Assembly (NCBI GenBank): GCA_963675785.1
Contig: OY776562.1
Location: 1,792,001-1,856,000 of the forward strand
Direction: 5' to 3'
DNA from: Anaerolineae bacterium
Lineage (GTDB): Bacteria; Chloroflexota; Anaerolineae; UBA1429
DNA length: 64,000 bases
Shown here piece by piece: positions 46,640-56,791 of the stretch. The first letter of the stretch is position 1. Each line of letters opens with the position of its first letter. Both the position numbers and the translations under genes were made by a program. The notes under the pieces are model-generated. The model did not search any database. It was not told the DNA's origin and saw nothing but the letters and a program-made list of their open reading frames with translations.

Positions 46640-47824
46640 ATGAAAAACTTTGATTTCATTTCGCCAACCAGGATTATTTTCGGTAAGGGCGTTGAAAAGC
46701 AGACCGGCGAGATCACAGCCCAATATACTGATAAAGTGTTGCTCGTGTATGGCGGCGGCTCTGTGAAAAAGTACGGCCTGTATGACACAGTTGTAAATGG
46801 GTTGAATAAAGCGGGCGTCGAGTATTTCGAATTAGCCGGTGTCGAACCTAATCCGCGCCTCTCTCTAGTCCATAAGGGTATCGATATCTGCCGCAAAGAA
46901 GGTATCGGCTTTATTCTGGCCGTTGGTGGAGGCAGCGTTATCGATACATCCAAAGCCATTGCTGCAGGCGTACTGTATGATGGTGATGTGTGGGACTTTT
47001 TCATCCCTCGGCAGATCATGCCCAAGGCGCTTCCAGTTGGTGTCGTGCTGACCATTCCCGCTGCTGGTAGTGAAGCCAGTGATAGTGTAGTGATCACCAA
47101 GGTAGACGAGGACGGTTGGCGCAAGATGGGTTCGGGTGGAGATGCCGTACGACCGGTGTTCGCCATCATGAACCCCGAACTCACTTATACGCTACCACCC
47201 TACCAGACAGCAGCCGGAGCCACAGACATGTTCCTCCATGTGCTCGAACGATATTTCACCAACCCCAAGAATGTTGAATTGACCGATCGTCTGTGCGAGT
47301 CAATCATGAAGACCGTCGTCAACAATGCGGGCAAGGTCCTGGCCAATCCCACCGATTACGACGCTCGGGCCGAAATCATGTGGTGCGGCACACTAGCCCA
47401 CAACGGCCTAGTAGGTACCGGCCGCGAGCCAGATTTCGCTTCTCATGGGATCGAACATGAACTCTCGGCGCTGTACGATGTGACTCATGGTGCAGGATTG
47501 GCAGTTATTTGCCCGGCCTGGATGAAGTACGTGTACAAACACGACATTCCACGTTTCGCTCAATTTGCCAACAGGGTTTTTGACATTGAAATCGACCCAT
47601 TTGACCTAGAAACTACGGCCCTCAAAGGCATTGCAGCGTTTGAGGGTTGGCTGCGCTCTATCGGGATGCCCACTACTGCCGAAGAGCTGGGCGTTGACGA
47701 ATCCAAATTTGAATACATGGCCTCTTGTGCAACTGCGAACGATACTCGCAAAGTGGGGAATTTCGTCCCTCTTGATAAGAATGGTGTGTTCTCCATATTT
47801 ATGTTAACGCGTGCCAACGGGTAA
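46640..47824 (+). CDS. Iron-containing alcohol dehydrogenase (NADH-dependent butanol dehydrogenase-like)
   Basis: PTRIIFGKG, GVEPNPR, GGGSVIDTSKAIA, TIPAAGSE, HGIEHELSALYDVTHGAGLA; ATG 46640 with GGAGG RBS. Confidence 0.93.
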   Translation: MKNFDFISPTRIIFGKGVEKQTGEITAQYTDKVLLVYGGGSVKKYGLYDTVVNGLNKAGVEYFELAGVEPNPRLSLVHKGIDICRKEGIGFILAVGGGSVIDTSKAIAAGVLYDGDVWDFFIPRQIMPKALPVGVVLTIPAAGSEASDSVVITKVDEDGWRKMGSGGDAVRPVFAIMNPELTYTLPPYQTAAGATDMFLHVLERYFTNPKNVELTDRLCESIMKTVVNNAGKVLANPTDYDARAEIMWCGTLAHNGLVGTGREPDFASHGIEHELSALYDVTHGAGLAVICPAWMKYVYKHDIPRFAQFANRVFDIEIDPFDLETTALKGIAAFEGWLRSIGMPTTAEELGVDESKFEYMASCATANDTRKVGNFVPLDKNGVFSIFMLTRANG

Positions 47825-47836
47825 TCAGCAACAAAC

Positions 47837-47871
47837 AAAGAGGGCAAGCTCAATGAGCCTGCCCTCTTTTC
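47837..47871. terminator. Terminator between convergent genes
   Basis: AAAGAGGGCAaGCTC-aat-GAGCcTGCCCTCTTTT. Confidence 0.75.
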
Positions 47872-47915
47872 TTTGCCTGATTTCAGTATCGATGCATGTA
47901 GATGCTACGCTCGCC

Positions 47916-49307
47916 CTAGCTGGCGCGCTTGCGTCTGTGCAACAAGCTGGCAAATTCAAAGTCGGGATAGAGATAGTCCGCCAGCCACACGGCACCCACT
48001 GCAAGCAGCAACCCCACCACAGCTGCAAGCAAAATCTTGGATAAAGTACCTGAAGATTGCGGTGCAGCCTCTGACGGTGCAAGAGAGGCGATGCTAACCA
48101 TATCTTCCGAGAAATCTGCTGATATGGTCAGCGTTTCTTGTTGTTTTTTTACTGTCTGATAAAAATCCCAGGCAGAATCACGGGCAGCGGTAAGCTCACG
48201 CTGTGTTGCCGATTCTTCTTCTAACTGCGCAGTCAATGTCCGCACTTGGTCTTCCAGCTCAGTGATTACTGCACCATCTTCGTCATCAGCAAGTGACAGA
48301 ACCTGGTTACTCAATAACAGCGCCGATTGAGAAGCAATCTCTTCAGAAACCACTGTCAGGCGAGCCGTCAGGATACTTTGCATGGCCTGCAACTCAACAA
48401 TCTGAACCTCTGGGTCTGTGGTAACCATAGTAGGATCAGTTAACTGAAGCTGAAGATCCATAGGCAATAGACTTGTTGTGTCAGAGTTGACAGATGTCCC
48501 CCCTAGCGAAGCATAGGCTTCCACCTTGAGCAGTAATAGAGACAGACCATTAGCTGAGTCACCTACGCCAGAACCCTGTTCAACCTGGGTGAGCAGTGAA
48601 TTCACGTCACTCAAGAGGTACTCCAACCTCTGGGCTGCAACATAACTATCTGATAGGCTCTTGGTCTCTGCATTAACCTGTTGCTGCAACACGGATTGGC
48701 GGCTTGCCTGCAAGCTATCTATCAGCGACTGTTTCTCATTGATAAGGCGCTGCAACTCGTCGATGCGGTTTTGAGCGATAAATCCTGCAAGTGCTTCCTG
48801 AGCAGTGGTATAGTCGGCCAAAGCCTGACTCGACAGAGAAGTATCTGCCTCAGCTGGCAAATAGATACTATTCGTACGCGCCACATACTCTTCTGCCCAT
48901 GTGTTGGCGATCAAAGAGGCAGAGGTAGGATCCTCTGTGGTAACGGTGATCAATACCAAATCACCCGATCCACTCGTTCCCTCGACGGCATCCAGCAGGT
49001 TGGCAACATCCTTCAAGTCCTGTGGCAATTCGTCGCCCAAAGATGCAATAACGGCCTCTGCGATATCTTTGGTCCTAACCAAGCCAATAAGTGTGTCGCT
49101 CTGGTCCGCGGCATCCCGATTAGGATTCAGCATGATACTGGCTGAAGCCTCATACGTATTGGGGCTAGCCTGCAATACAGCCAACGCTACCACACCCGCT
49201 AGAAAAGCAACACCCAGAATAAACCAGCTGTTTCTGATAATTTTGAGAAACAGCGGACGCAGATCAGTAAACTCGGGTTCGTGAGAAGTATCGGGGGTAA
49301 AACTCAC
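47916..49307 (-). CDS. Wzz/GumC-like polysaccharide chain-length determinant
   Basis: DLRPLFLKI..SWFI, TM, PNTYEASASI, ASLIANTWAEEY, long coiled coil, C-terminal TM; GTG start with GGAGG RBS. Confidence 0.78.
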   Translation of the reverse strand: MSFTPDTSHEPEFTDLRPLFLKIIRNSWFILGVAFLAGVVALAVLQASPNTYEASASIMLNPNRDAADQSDTLIGLVRTKDIAEAVIASLGDELPQDLKDVANLLDAVEGTSGSGDLVLITVTTEDPTSASLIANTWAEEYVARTNSIYLPAEADTSLSSQALADYTTAQEALAGFIAQNRIDELQRLINEKQSLIDSLQASRQSVLQQQVNAETKSLSDSYVAAQRLEYLLSDVNSLLTQVEQGSGVGDSANGLSLLLLKVEAYASLGGTSVNSDTTSLLPMDLQLQLTDPTMVTTDPEVQIVELQAMQSILTARLTVVSEEIASQSALLLSNQVLSLADDEDGAVITELEDQVRTLTAQLEEESATQRELTAARDSAWDFYQTVKKQQETLTISADFSEDMVSIASLAPSEAAPQSSGTLSKILLAAVVGLLLAVGAVWLADYLYPDFEFASLLHRRKRAS

Positions 49308-49632
49308 AGTCGCCTCCTATTGGCAGATATGATAGCGCAGATCTTGTCAACTTGATTCTGGAAACATAAAGGAGTGCTATTAATTTATAACTATTGTTGT
49401 TTGATGAATTCGCTCTCCAGTATATACGAGATGTTTCCAGTGGCAAGCTGGGGAACGAGCAAAAAGAACGATGAAATAGTGCACGGCTAGGTCGGGCTAA
49501 AATTGAAAGTCAGTGTACGATCGAGGCAAAAAGTCCATTCAACTCTGACACAACAATGCCCTCTCAACAGAGCAACCACTGAGAGGGCGCTACCAGAGGC
49601 ATCATCGCTGATACAAAGCACTCGCTGGCACG

Positions 49633-52600
49633 CTAATTCTTTTTCAACGCCTGGCGCACTTTTCTGCCCAGTTGCTCGCGATTAAAAGGCTTGTGCAAAA
49701 AGCCTACGCCTCTATCTAGCACGCCCTGGTGAGCAATGACATCAGCAGTGTATCCTGACATGAATAACCGTTTCATCTCAGGATAGAGTTTAAGCAGATC
49801 TCGAGCCAAGTCTCGACCGTTCATCTCGGGCATCACCACATCTGTTATCAAAAGATGAATCTCGCCAGAATGATTCTCAGCCAAAGCGATGGCCTTTCCT
49901 GGCGTCTCGGCGGTCAAAACGCAATATCCCAGTTTCTCGAGCATCAGCCTGGTGAGATTCAGAATCGTAGGCTCATCTTCGACCAACAATATTGTCTCAT
50001 GTCCACCGACATCCGATTTGTCCGACACCGCAGAAAGCGACGCTTCTAACTTGCCAATATAGCGCGGTAGGTAGATCTTGAATGTGGTACCCAGACCGAT
50101 CTCACTATATACATTGACAAAGCCCTTATTTTGTCGGACAATGCCGTAAACCGTTGATAATCCCAGCCCGGTGCCTTTTCCTGGCTCTTTTGTGGTGAAG
50201 AACGGCTCAAAAATCTTGGATCGGGTCTGCTCATCCATGCCATTACCATTATCGCTAACGCACAATTGTATATAGTCTCCGGGGATGCATTCTTCGATTC
50301 CTGTACAAGAGTCAGCATCAAACACTACATTGTGACTTTCGATGGTGATTCTGCCCACCCCCACAATCGCGTCACGTGCATTGACACAGAGATTGGCCAG
50401 AACTTGGTTGATCTGGGTCGGGTCCATTTCGATCGGCCACAGCTCCGCAGCCGGGTTCCAGACCAAATCAACATCCTCGCCAATGAGGCGCCCCAACATC
50501 TTGAGCATGCCGGATACCGTCTCGTTCAGATCAAGCACCTGTGGCGATACAGTTTGCCTGCGAGCAAACGCCAGTAGTTGCTGAGTGAGCTCAGCCGAAC
50601 GCTGGGCGGCACCCTCTATCTCTAATAAGTCCGCATAGAGAGGTTGAGATGGATCCAGAACGTCCAGAGCCATCTCGGCGTAACCCAGTATGACCGAGAG
50701 CATGTTGTTAAAGTCGTGGGCCACACCGCCGGCCAGTCGCCCCACGGCCTCCATCTTTTGCGACTGCCGTAGCTGTTCTTCAAGCTTGAGTTCAGCGGTG
50801 ATATCGCGCTTTACTGCGACATAGTTCACCGTCCTGCCAGCAGCGTCACGCACTGGCGAGATGACAGCATCTTCAGTATAGAGCGTACCATCTTTCTTTT
50901 GGTTAACAAGCTGGCCTTGCCAAGTCTCTCCGCGCAGCAGTGTGTCCCACATTTCGCTATAAAAGGCTGAGGATTGCACACCACTATGGAGAATGCGTGG
51001 ATTCTGCCCCAGAGCTTCCTGCCGCGAGTATCCCGTGATTTTCTCAAAAGTCGGATTCACGTACTGTATAATGCCGTCTGTATCAGTGATCAAGATGGTT
51101 TCAGCAGCCTGTTCGATGGCCATCATCAAAAGTTCGTGCTTCTCTTCGGCCTTTCTGCGATCGGTAACATCCTGACCTACGATGATAGTCGTTGGTTCGC
51201 CATCCATCTGCACGTCAACTGATGAAGTAATGACCCAAACTGGCGATCCATCCGACCGAAGAAATTGTAATTCCGTAGGGCTGCTGTCACTCGTCTCGTT
51301 TACTCGGGTTAAACTCTGTCGTCTGACAGGCTGCAATTCTGGCGAAATCGTTTCAAACACGTCCATGCCGATAAACTGCTCGGCCCGATCAAATCCCATG
51401 AGGTTTACACTTTGGGGATTGGCATAGACGTACTTGCCATCGCGAACAACCAGTATGGACATGGGAGCCGATTCAACCAGAGCGCGAAATCGTTCTTCAC
51501 TCTCGCGCAACGCTGCATCAACGTAATGTTGCTCAGTAATATCGAGAAAAGAACCAACGAGCCGTAGTGGAGCGCCCTGCTCATCGTAGTCGAGACGCCC
51601 TATCGAGTGCAGCCAACGTACCGAGCCGTCGGGCAGTACAATACGTATTTCAATATCATAGGGAATACCCGTCTCGATGGCTCTGTTCACCGCCTCAATG
51701 GCTTGCGCACGATCATCGGGATGAATGATGGCAAAGGCGAGCTCAGCAGCGGGTTCCAGGCTGCCCGGCTCCAAGCCACAAATCCTAAAGAACTCGTCCG
51801 ACCAGGAACTCTTGCCAGTGGCGATATCCCTCGACCAACTGCCCAAATGAGAAAGGCGCTCGGCCTCCTTGAGACGCTGCTCGCTCTCGCGTAACGACTC
51901 TTCGGCGCGCTTGCGCTCAGAGATATCACGAATAATCGCACTCGTGCCGATAGGCTGACCTTGACTATCTTTGAGAAGACTAATGGTCATCTCGACAGGG
52001 ATGCGTCGACCATCGGCGGTAATGCGTTCGGTCTCAAAACCTTGCACGAATCCATTCTCTATCACGCCCTGGATCAACTTCTTTTGTTCAATCAGTCGAT
52101 CCTCGGGACAGAACTGGCTAATCGCCATGCCCAGTGCCGACTGAGCAGAGTATCCATATAACTTTTCGGCACCGGCATTGAACAAGGTGATTATCCCATT
52201 CAGGTCCATGGCCACCACTGCGTCGCTGGTCGAAGCCAGGATGTCTCTGTATTTGCGCTCAGTAAGCTCACGTTGAGCCTCTGTCTCGATGGACCAGAGC
52301 GCAAAAGCGATGTCAGAGGCGGCTTCGGTAAGCAAGCTCTGTTCCTCGACGTCTTGGGCGACCGCCTGTGGTACTGAGACACTCAACCAGCCAAAGAGAT
52401 GATCCCCATGCTCAATGCGCGTGGCGAGCGTGGCTTGTCTGGCTCGTCCCTCATAGTGCGCAGCAAGAGGGCAAGGGCTACATTGGCTGACAGGGTCGAG
52501 AATGACATGCACGCCGCCAGCCTGCAGACATTCACGCGCACACTCGGGGGCGATACCCTGATTCAAAAGCTCGATAACTGCGTCGAACTCGCTATCGAAA

Positions 52601-53211
52601 CCAGCTTGATAGCACCTCCCCATGACCCCGCTCTCATCCACCAAACCGATCCAAGCATTTTGATAGCCTCGCGTCTCAACCAGCATATGGCATGCGGTCT
52701 CTAGGAGACTGTCCCCATCCTTTTCGTGGGTAATCAGCTGGTTCACATTACGGATGGCAGAGAGTACCCGATTCAGATGATCCAGACGTTTTGCAGAATC
52801 AGAAAGCGCCGCCGTACGTTCGGCAACTTGAGCCTCCAAAGTGCGGTTTATCTGTCTGACTGCTTGCGCATTGCGCGCATTTTCGATATAGAGCGCAGCC
52901 AGGTTAGCCGTGTTTCCGACAAAAGCATCATAAGGATCAAAGGCCGTTTCGTCGGCCACACAAAGATCTATGGAACCATACTGTCGCTCACTGGTCGAGA
53001 GTAGGTAGCGAAAGCGGCGGCCATTTAAAGAGTTGGCAAGGTCTGCATCACCTTGAATAAAGACTTTACAACCAGCCACACCAGGCAGTTCCTCAAGCGC
53101 GTGCACCATCATTTCGCAGAGTCGCTCTTCGTCGGGGGCAACATTCAACGTACTCTGCAATAGCAAGATACGCCCCAAAACGCCAGGATCTAGAGAGCTC
53201 GGTCCACTCAC
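49633..53211 (-). CDS. Hybrid sensor histidine kinase (GAF, four PAS/PAC, HisKA, HATPase, REC), CckA-like
   Basis: QKMEAVGRLAGGVAHDFNN H-box, NLCVNARDA, DNGNGM, FEPFFTTK, GTGLGL, ILLVEDE..DVVMP..KPF; no TM segments. Confidence 0.95.
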   Translation of the reverse strand: MSGPSSLDPGVLGRILLLQSTLNVAPDEERLCEMMVHALEELPGVAGCKVFIQGDADLANSLNGRRFRYLLSTSERQYGSIDLCVADETAFDPYDAFVGNTANLAALYIENARNAQAVRQINRTLEAQVAERTAALSDSAKRLDHLNRVLSAIRNVNQLITHEKDGDSLLETACHMLVETRGYQNAWIGLVDESGVMGRCYQAGFDSEFDAVIELLNQGIAPECARECLQAGGVHVILDPVSQCSPCPLAAHYEGRARQATLATRIEHGDHLFGWLSVSVPQAVAQDVEEQSLLTEAASDIAFALWSIETEAQRELTERKYRDILASTSDAVVAMDLNGIITLFNAGAEKLYGYSAQSALGMAISQFCPEDRLIEQKKLIQGVIENGFVQGFETERITADGRRIPVEMTISLLKDSQGQPIGTSAIIRDISERKRAEESLRESEQRLKEAERLSHLGSWSRDIATGKSSWSDEFFRICGLEPGSLEPAAELAFAIIHPDDRAQAIEAVNRAIETGIPYDIEIRIVLPDGSVRWLHSIGRLDYDEQGAPLRLVGSFLDITEQHYVDAALRESEERFRALVESAPMSILVVRDGKYVYANPQSVNLMGFDRAEQFIGMDVFETISPELQPVRRQSLTRVNETSDSSPTELQFLRSDGSPVWVITSSVDVQMDGEPTTIIVGQDVTDRRKAEEKHELLMMAIEQAAETILITDTDGIIQYVNPTFEKITGYSRQEALGQNPRILHSGVQSSAFYSEMWDTLLRGETWQGQLVNQKKDGTLYTEDAVISPVRDAAGRTVNYVAVKRDITAELKLEEQLRQSQKMEAVGRLAGGVAHDFNNMLSVILGYAEMALDVLDPSQPLYADLLEIEGAAQRSAELTQQLLAFARRQTVSPQVLDLNETVSGMLKMLGRLIGEDVDLVWNPAAELWPIEMDPTQINQVLANLCVNARDAIVGVGRITIESHNVVFDADSCTGIEECIPGDYIQLCVSDNGNGMDEQTRSKIFEPFFTTKEPGKGTGLGLSTVYGIVRQNKGFVNVYSEIGLGTTFKIYLPRYIGKLEASLSAVSDKSDVGGHETILLVEDEPTILNLTRLMLEKLGYCVLTAETPGKAIALAENHSGEIHLLITDVVMPEMNGRDLARDLLKLYPEMKRLFMSGYTADVIAHQGVLDRGVGFLHKPFNREQLGRKVRQALKKN

Positions 53212-53864
53212 AAAGCATGTCCCTTCAGCCGAGAATTATACTCATCCATAAAGGTCTGGGGCTCAATGTAAAAGGGATTCTTTACCAACTGACCGTGGAC
53301 GATCATAACTGGATGAATACTCATGACATCGAGAAGGACAGCGCCGTCAAAACGCCGGGCATCATACTGACAGCAAGCAGTATAGGGAAGTTCGTCAAGG
53401 AGAAGCGTCAGGCGTGCCTCATACTCCATCAGGGTAGCCTCATCAACCCGCCCCTTAACAAGACACCAGCTCATCTCACCGATGCCACGTGCACCATCAA
53501 AGCCCTCGTTTTCTACGGCCTGTCTGTAGAACGCGCGAGTCATGTCGAGCATCTCTTCAGTACTAAAGGTACCCTTGGGGTAATAGATGGACGGAGCGCC
53601 AGAGAGGGTCAAACCTGCAGTTTTGGCCTGCACATCTACATCGAGTTCAGTAAATGACTGAAGAATCTCTTCGGGAGTTGCCTTGTCGGCAATGTATAGG
53701 ACTTTTTCATTGGCCAGGAGGCCGCTTTCGATATATTTCGCCACGACCCTGCGACGCTCGGCATCATCGTTATAGATGTAACAGACGTGTTGACCTTCCT
53801 CCACCATCTGCCCGGGAAAACCTACAGATATCCTTCTACGCGCCAAATCAGCACCACTACACAT
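53208..53864 (-). CDS. Stand-alone MEDS (DcmR-like sensory) domain protein
   Basis: GQHVCYIY, YIESGL..NEKVLY, RGIGEMSW, MEYEARL, CQYDARRF, HP; ATG 53864 with AGGAGG RBS; overlaps the kinase start. Confidence 0.88.
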   Translation of the reverse strand: MCSGADLARRRISVGFPGQMVEEGQHVCYIYNDDAERRRVVAKYIESGLLANEKVLYIADKATPEEILQSFTELDVDVQAKTAGLTLSGAPSIYYPKGTFSTEEMLDMTRAFYRQAVENEGFDGARGIGEMSWCLVKGRVDEATLMEYEARLTLLLDELPYTACCQYDARRFDGAVLLDVMSIHPVMIVHGQLVKNPFYIEPQTFMDEYNSRLKGHAL

Positions 53865-54177
53865 CTGAGTCCTCCTTGCATAGCCAGGTAGTCCCACCCA
53901 TTATAAGGGACGTGAACTCGCTCACATTCTTAGCGAATTCACCAGAACTGGCCCCTATTGCGGCCTTGGCCAGAATTTCCTCCGGACCATCATTGGCAAC
54001 TGCACCGCGGTCCAACGCCATCAAAATGAGCGGTTGTCGCGTTCGTGAGAGTAGAATGATGGGTGTTGGAAATTACACGCTGCAATTATGTTAATCATAA
54101 CATATACGATGCGCCTTTGCATAGATATTTTTCAGGGTGTGAGACACACCAACCCGCAGAGGCGATCCGGCAAAGAT

Positions 54178-54205
54178 TTGACACACATCCCATGCCGTCT
54201 ATACT
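54178..54205 (+). promoter_or_regulatory. Sigma70-type promoter of the tRNA cluster
   Basis: TTGACA (54178-83) -16 bp- TATACT (54200-05). Confidence 0.7.
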
Positions 54206-54236
54206 ATCTTTGTTGATGGGACAAGCCCTGAAGCGA

Positions 54237-54309
<73 letters not shown>

Positions 54310-54344
54310 CAGAGGTGTGGGAGTTTCTCCAACCAATCTAGCAC

Positions 54345-54426
54345 GGGGAAGTGTCGGAACTGGCAGACGAGCGTGACTTAGGATCACGTGGAGAAATCCG
54401 TGAGAGTTCAAGTCTCTCCTTCCCCA
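54345..54426 (+). tRNA. tRNA-Leu(TAG)
   Basis: Acceptor GGGGAAG/CTTCCCC, anticodon arm CGTGA-CT-TAG-GA-TCACG, long variable arm, GTTCAAGTC. Confidence 0.95.
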
Positions 54427-54438
54427 CCTAAGCAAAAT

Positions 54439-54510
54439 GCGGAAGTGGCTCAGTGGTAGAGCATCTCCTTGCCAAGGAGAGGGTCGCGAGTTCGAATCTC
54501 GTCTTCCGCT
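54439..54510 (+). tRNA. tRNA-Gly(GCC)
   Basis: Acceptor GCGGAAG/CTTCCGC, anticodon arm TCTCC-TT-GCC-AA-GGAGA, GTTCGAATC. Confidence 0.95.
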
Positions 54511-54516
54511 CTAATT

Positions 54517-54560
54517 GGGCTGGTTTGCGGATTGAGCCGTAAACCAGCCTATTGTTTTAT
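54517..54560 (+). terminator. Terminator of the tRNA cluster
   Basis: GGGCTGGTTTGCGG-attgag-CCGTAAACCAGCCT followed by ATTGTTTT. Confidence 0.7.
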
Positions 54561-54688
54561 CACCGTAATGGTGCTTTGCTTTTTTTCCACAAGCCAAACC
54601 TTATGCTATAATACGTGTCGGTTCGGCATCAATAGTTGCACTGTTCGGAATGAGCCGGACGTATTTGCCGTAGACGGAGGATCTAGCT

Positions 54689-56053
54689 TTGAAGGTCACG
54701 ACCGAAACCGTTGCCCCCCGCGAAGTAAAGCTCACCATTGAGCCCGACGCGGACAAGCTGCTCAAGGCGCGTCGCGCCGCAGCTCGCTCCATTTCCCAGT
54801 ATCGTCCAATTGCCGGTTATCGCCCGGGCAAAGCCCCACTAGAGATGGTTGAACGCATCTTTGGTGTAGACGTTGTTTTGGACGAAGCCCTGAATACCAT
54901 CTCCGAAAGTCTCTATCGTGATGCAGTCAAAGAAGCTGAGCTCGATCCGTATGAGCCCGGACAGTTTGAAATTGAATCCCGCGATCCGCTTGTGGTAACA
55001 TTGAATGTTTCGCTCATGCCGACGATCGACCTCGGTGACTACAAGTCGCTGCACGTTGATCCTCAGCCCGAGCCCGCTGTTACCGATGAACAGGTCGACG
55101 AGGAGATCCAGGAGCTGCGTGAGCAGAATCTGGAATACGAACCCGTTGAGCGCATCGCAACCATTGGTGATCAAGTTGTGCTAGATATGCGCGGCGAGAT
55201 TGATGGGGAAACTGTCGTTGAAGAGACCGGTACAGAGATGCTGGTCAACGCTGATGTGGAGCCTATTGGTCTTGCTGAAGTCCTTGTTGGTAAGGCCGCT
55301 GGCGAGACGAGCACTGCAGTGTTGTCTTACTCGGACGGCTTTGAGAACCAGGAACTGGCAGGCAAGAGTATTACTATGACGATTACCGTGCAGACGGTGC
55401 GTGAGCCCAAACTGCCCGAAGTCGATGACGAGTTTGCCAAGGATGTAAGCGAGTACGAGACACTTGATGAACTCAAGAACTCGATCAGCGAGCGCCTTCT
55501 CGCGCAAGCCCAGGCAGAGGCTAATGCCACCGAGCGCAGAGCAGTCATTACTGCCTTGGTTGAAAATGCTACCATTGAATACCCTGTGGCAGCCGTTGAC
55601 CACGAACTGGATGCGGCAATCAATCGGCAAAAGAGCCAGATTGCCCAAATGGGGCTCGAATGGCAGGCCTATTTGCGCATGATCGGTACTGATGAGCAGG
55701 CACTGCGCGACCAAAATCGTGAGGACGCTGAAGAGCGACTCAAGGACTCGCTGGTTCTTTCCGAGTTCTCGCGAGCCGAAGAGATTACGGTCTCGCCGAA
55801 CGAGATTGAAGAACAGTTGAACCTATACGCCGCCATGTATGGCAGCGCAGATCAGGCCGATGAAATCAAGCGGCAACTCATCGCTAATGGCGCTATTTGG
55901 TCTATTGAAAGCGACTTGCGCACGCAGCGGGCGCTAGACCATCTTCTTGCTCTACTCACTGGTCGTGAGCTTGAAACAGAGCTAGAAGCTGAAGAACCGG
56001 CTCCAGAGGAAACCGTGTCAGAGGAATCAACAGAAGATTCCGAGACAGAGTAA
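54689..56053 (+). CDS. tig: Trigger factor
   Basis: IAGYRPGKAP ribosome-binding motif, PTIDLGDYKSL, LPEVDDEFAKDVSEYETLDEL; TTG start with GGAGG RBS; upstream TGnTATAAT at 54604-54612. Confidence 0.95.
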   Translation: MKVTTETVAPREVKLTIEPDADKLLKARRAAARSISQYRPIAGYRPGKAPLEMVERIFGVDVVLDEALNTISESLYRDAVKEAELDPYEPGQFEIESRDPLVVTLNVSLMPTIDLGDYKSLHVDPQPEPAVTDEQVDEEIQELREQNLEYEPVERIATIGDQVVLDMRGEIDGETVVEETGTEMLVNADVEPIGLAEVLVGKAAGETSTAVLSYSDGFENQELAGKSITMTITVQTVREPKLPEVDDEFAKDVSEYETLDELKNSISERLLAQAQAEANATERRAVITALVENATIEYPVAAVDHELDAAINRQKSQIAQMGLEWQAYLRMIGTDEQALRDQNREDAEERLKDSLVLSEFSRAEEITVSPNEIEEQLNLYAAMYGSADQADEIKRQLIANGAIWSIESDLRTQRALDHLLALLTGRELETELEAEEPAPEETVSEESTEDSETE

Positions 56054-56066
56054 CTCTTGTTGTTCG

Positions 56067-56120
56067 GAGCCGAACAATTCGGTTGGCGGGGCAACCCGCT
56101 GGCCTTGTTCGGCTCTTTTT
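56067..56120 (+). terminator. Terminator between tig and clpP
   Basis: GAGCCGAACAA...TTGTTCGGCTC-TTTTT with an internal GC hairpin. Confidence 0.7.
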
Positions 56121-56170
56121 ATAGGCCACACTAGTAGCTGTAGGATTAAGTGTGAGAGAACGGAGGAATC

Positions 56171-56791
56171 ATGAGCTCTGACGCACTGGTCCCCATGGTC
56201 GTTGAATCCAGCGGTCGCGGTGAGCGAGCGTATGACATTTATTCGCTCCTGCTCAAGTCCCGAATTATCTTTCTTGGCACACAGATCAACGATCAAGTCG
56301 CAAACCTTATCGTTGCCCAAATTCTATACCTAGCCCACGAAGATCCCGAACGCGAGATTCGCATGTACATCAACTCGCCGGGCGGCGTCGTCTATTCGGG
56401 CCTGGCTATTTACGATACCATGCAACTCGTTAGCTGCCCCATCGAGACCATTGCCGTGGGCAGCACAGCCAGCATGGGGACAGTTCTACTTGCGGCTGGC
56501 ACACCCGGCCGACGCTATGCCCTGCCGAATGCAACCATCCACATTCATCAGCCGTTGGGTGGCGCTCAAGGTCAGGCCAGTGATCTGCAAATCCAGGCCA
56601 ACGAGATCTTGCGTCTTCGCAAGCGCTTGAATGGCATCTTGGCTATGCACACAAGCCAACCCATGGAACGCATCGAAGTGGATACCGATCGTGATCACTT
56701 TATGGATGCTGACGAGGCTCTGGCTTATGGGCTGGTGGACCATATCATCAACCCGGCTGAAAAAGCGGGGACTGTAGAGGAAAAAGAATGA
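56171..56791 (+). CDS. clpP: ATP-dependent Clp protease proteolytic subunit
   Basis: [23 protein letters not shown] (Ser), IHQP (His), DRD. Confidence 0.97.
   Translation: MSSDALVPMVVESSGRGERAYDIYSLLLKSRIIFLGTQINDQVANLIVAQILYLAHEDPEREIRMYINSPGGVVYSGLAIYDTMQLVSCPIETIAVGSTASMGTVLLAAGTPGRRYALPNATIHIHQPLGGAQGQASDLQIQANEILRLRKRLNGILAMHTSQPMERIEVDTDRDHFMDADEALAYGLVDHIINPAEKAGTVEEKE

Noticed and set aside
53900-54070. Minus-strand frame reading ILMALDRGAVANDGPEEILAK, reminiscent of an ABC-ATPase C-terminus (pseudogene remnant)
   Set aside because: Too short, with no Walker or signature motifs; indistinguishable from chance without a search.
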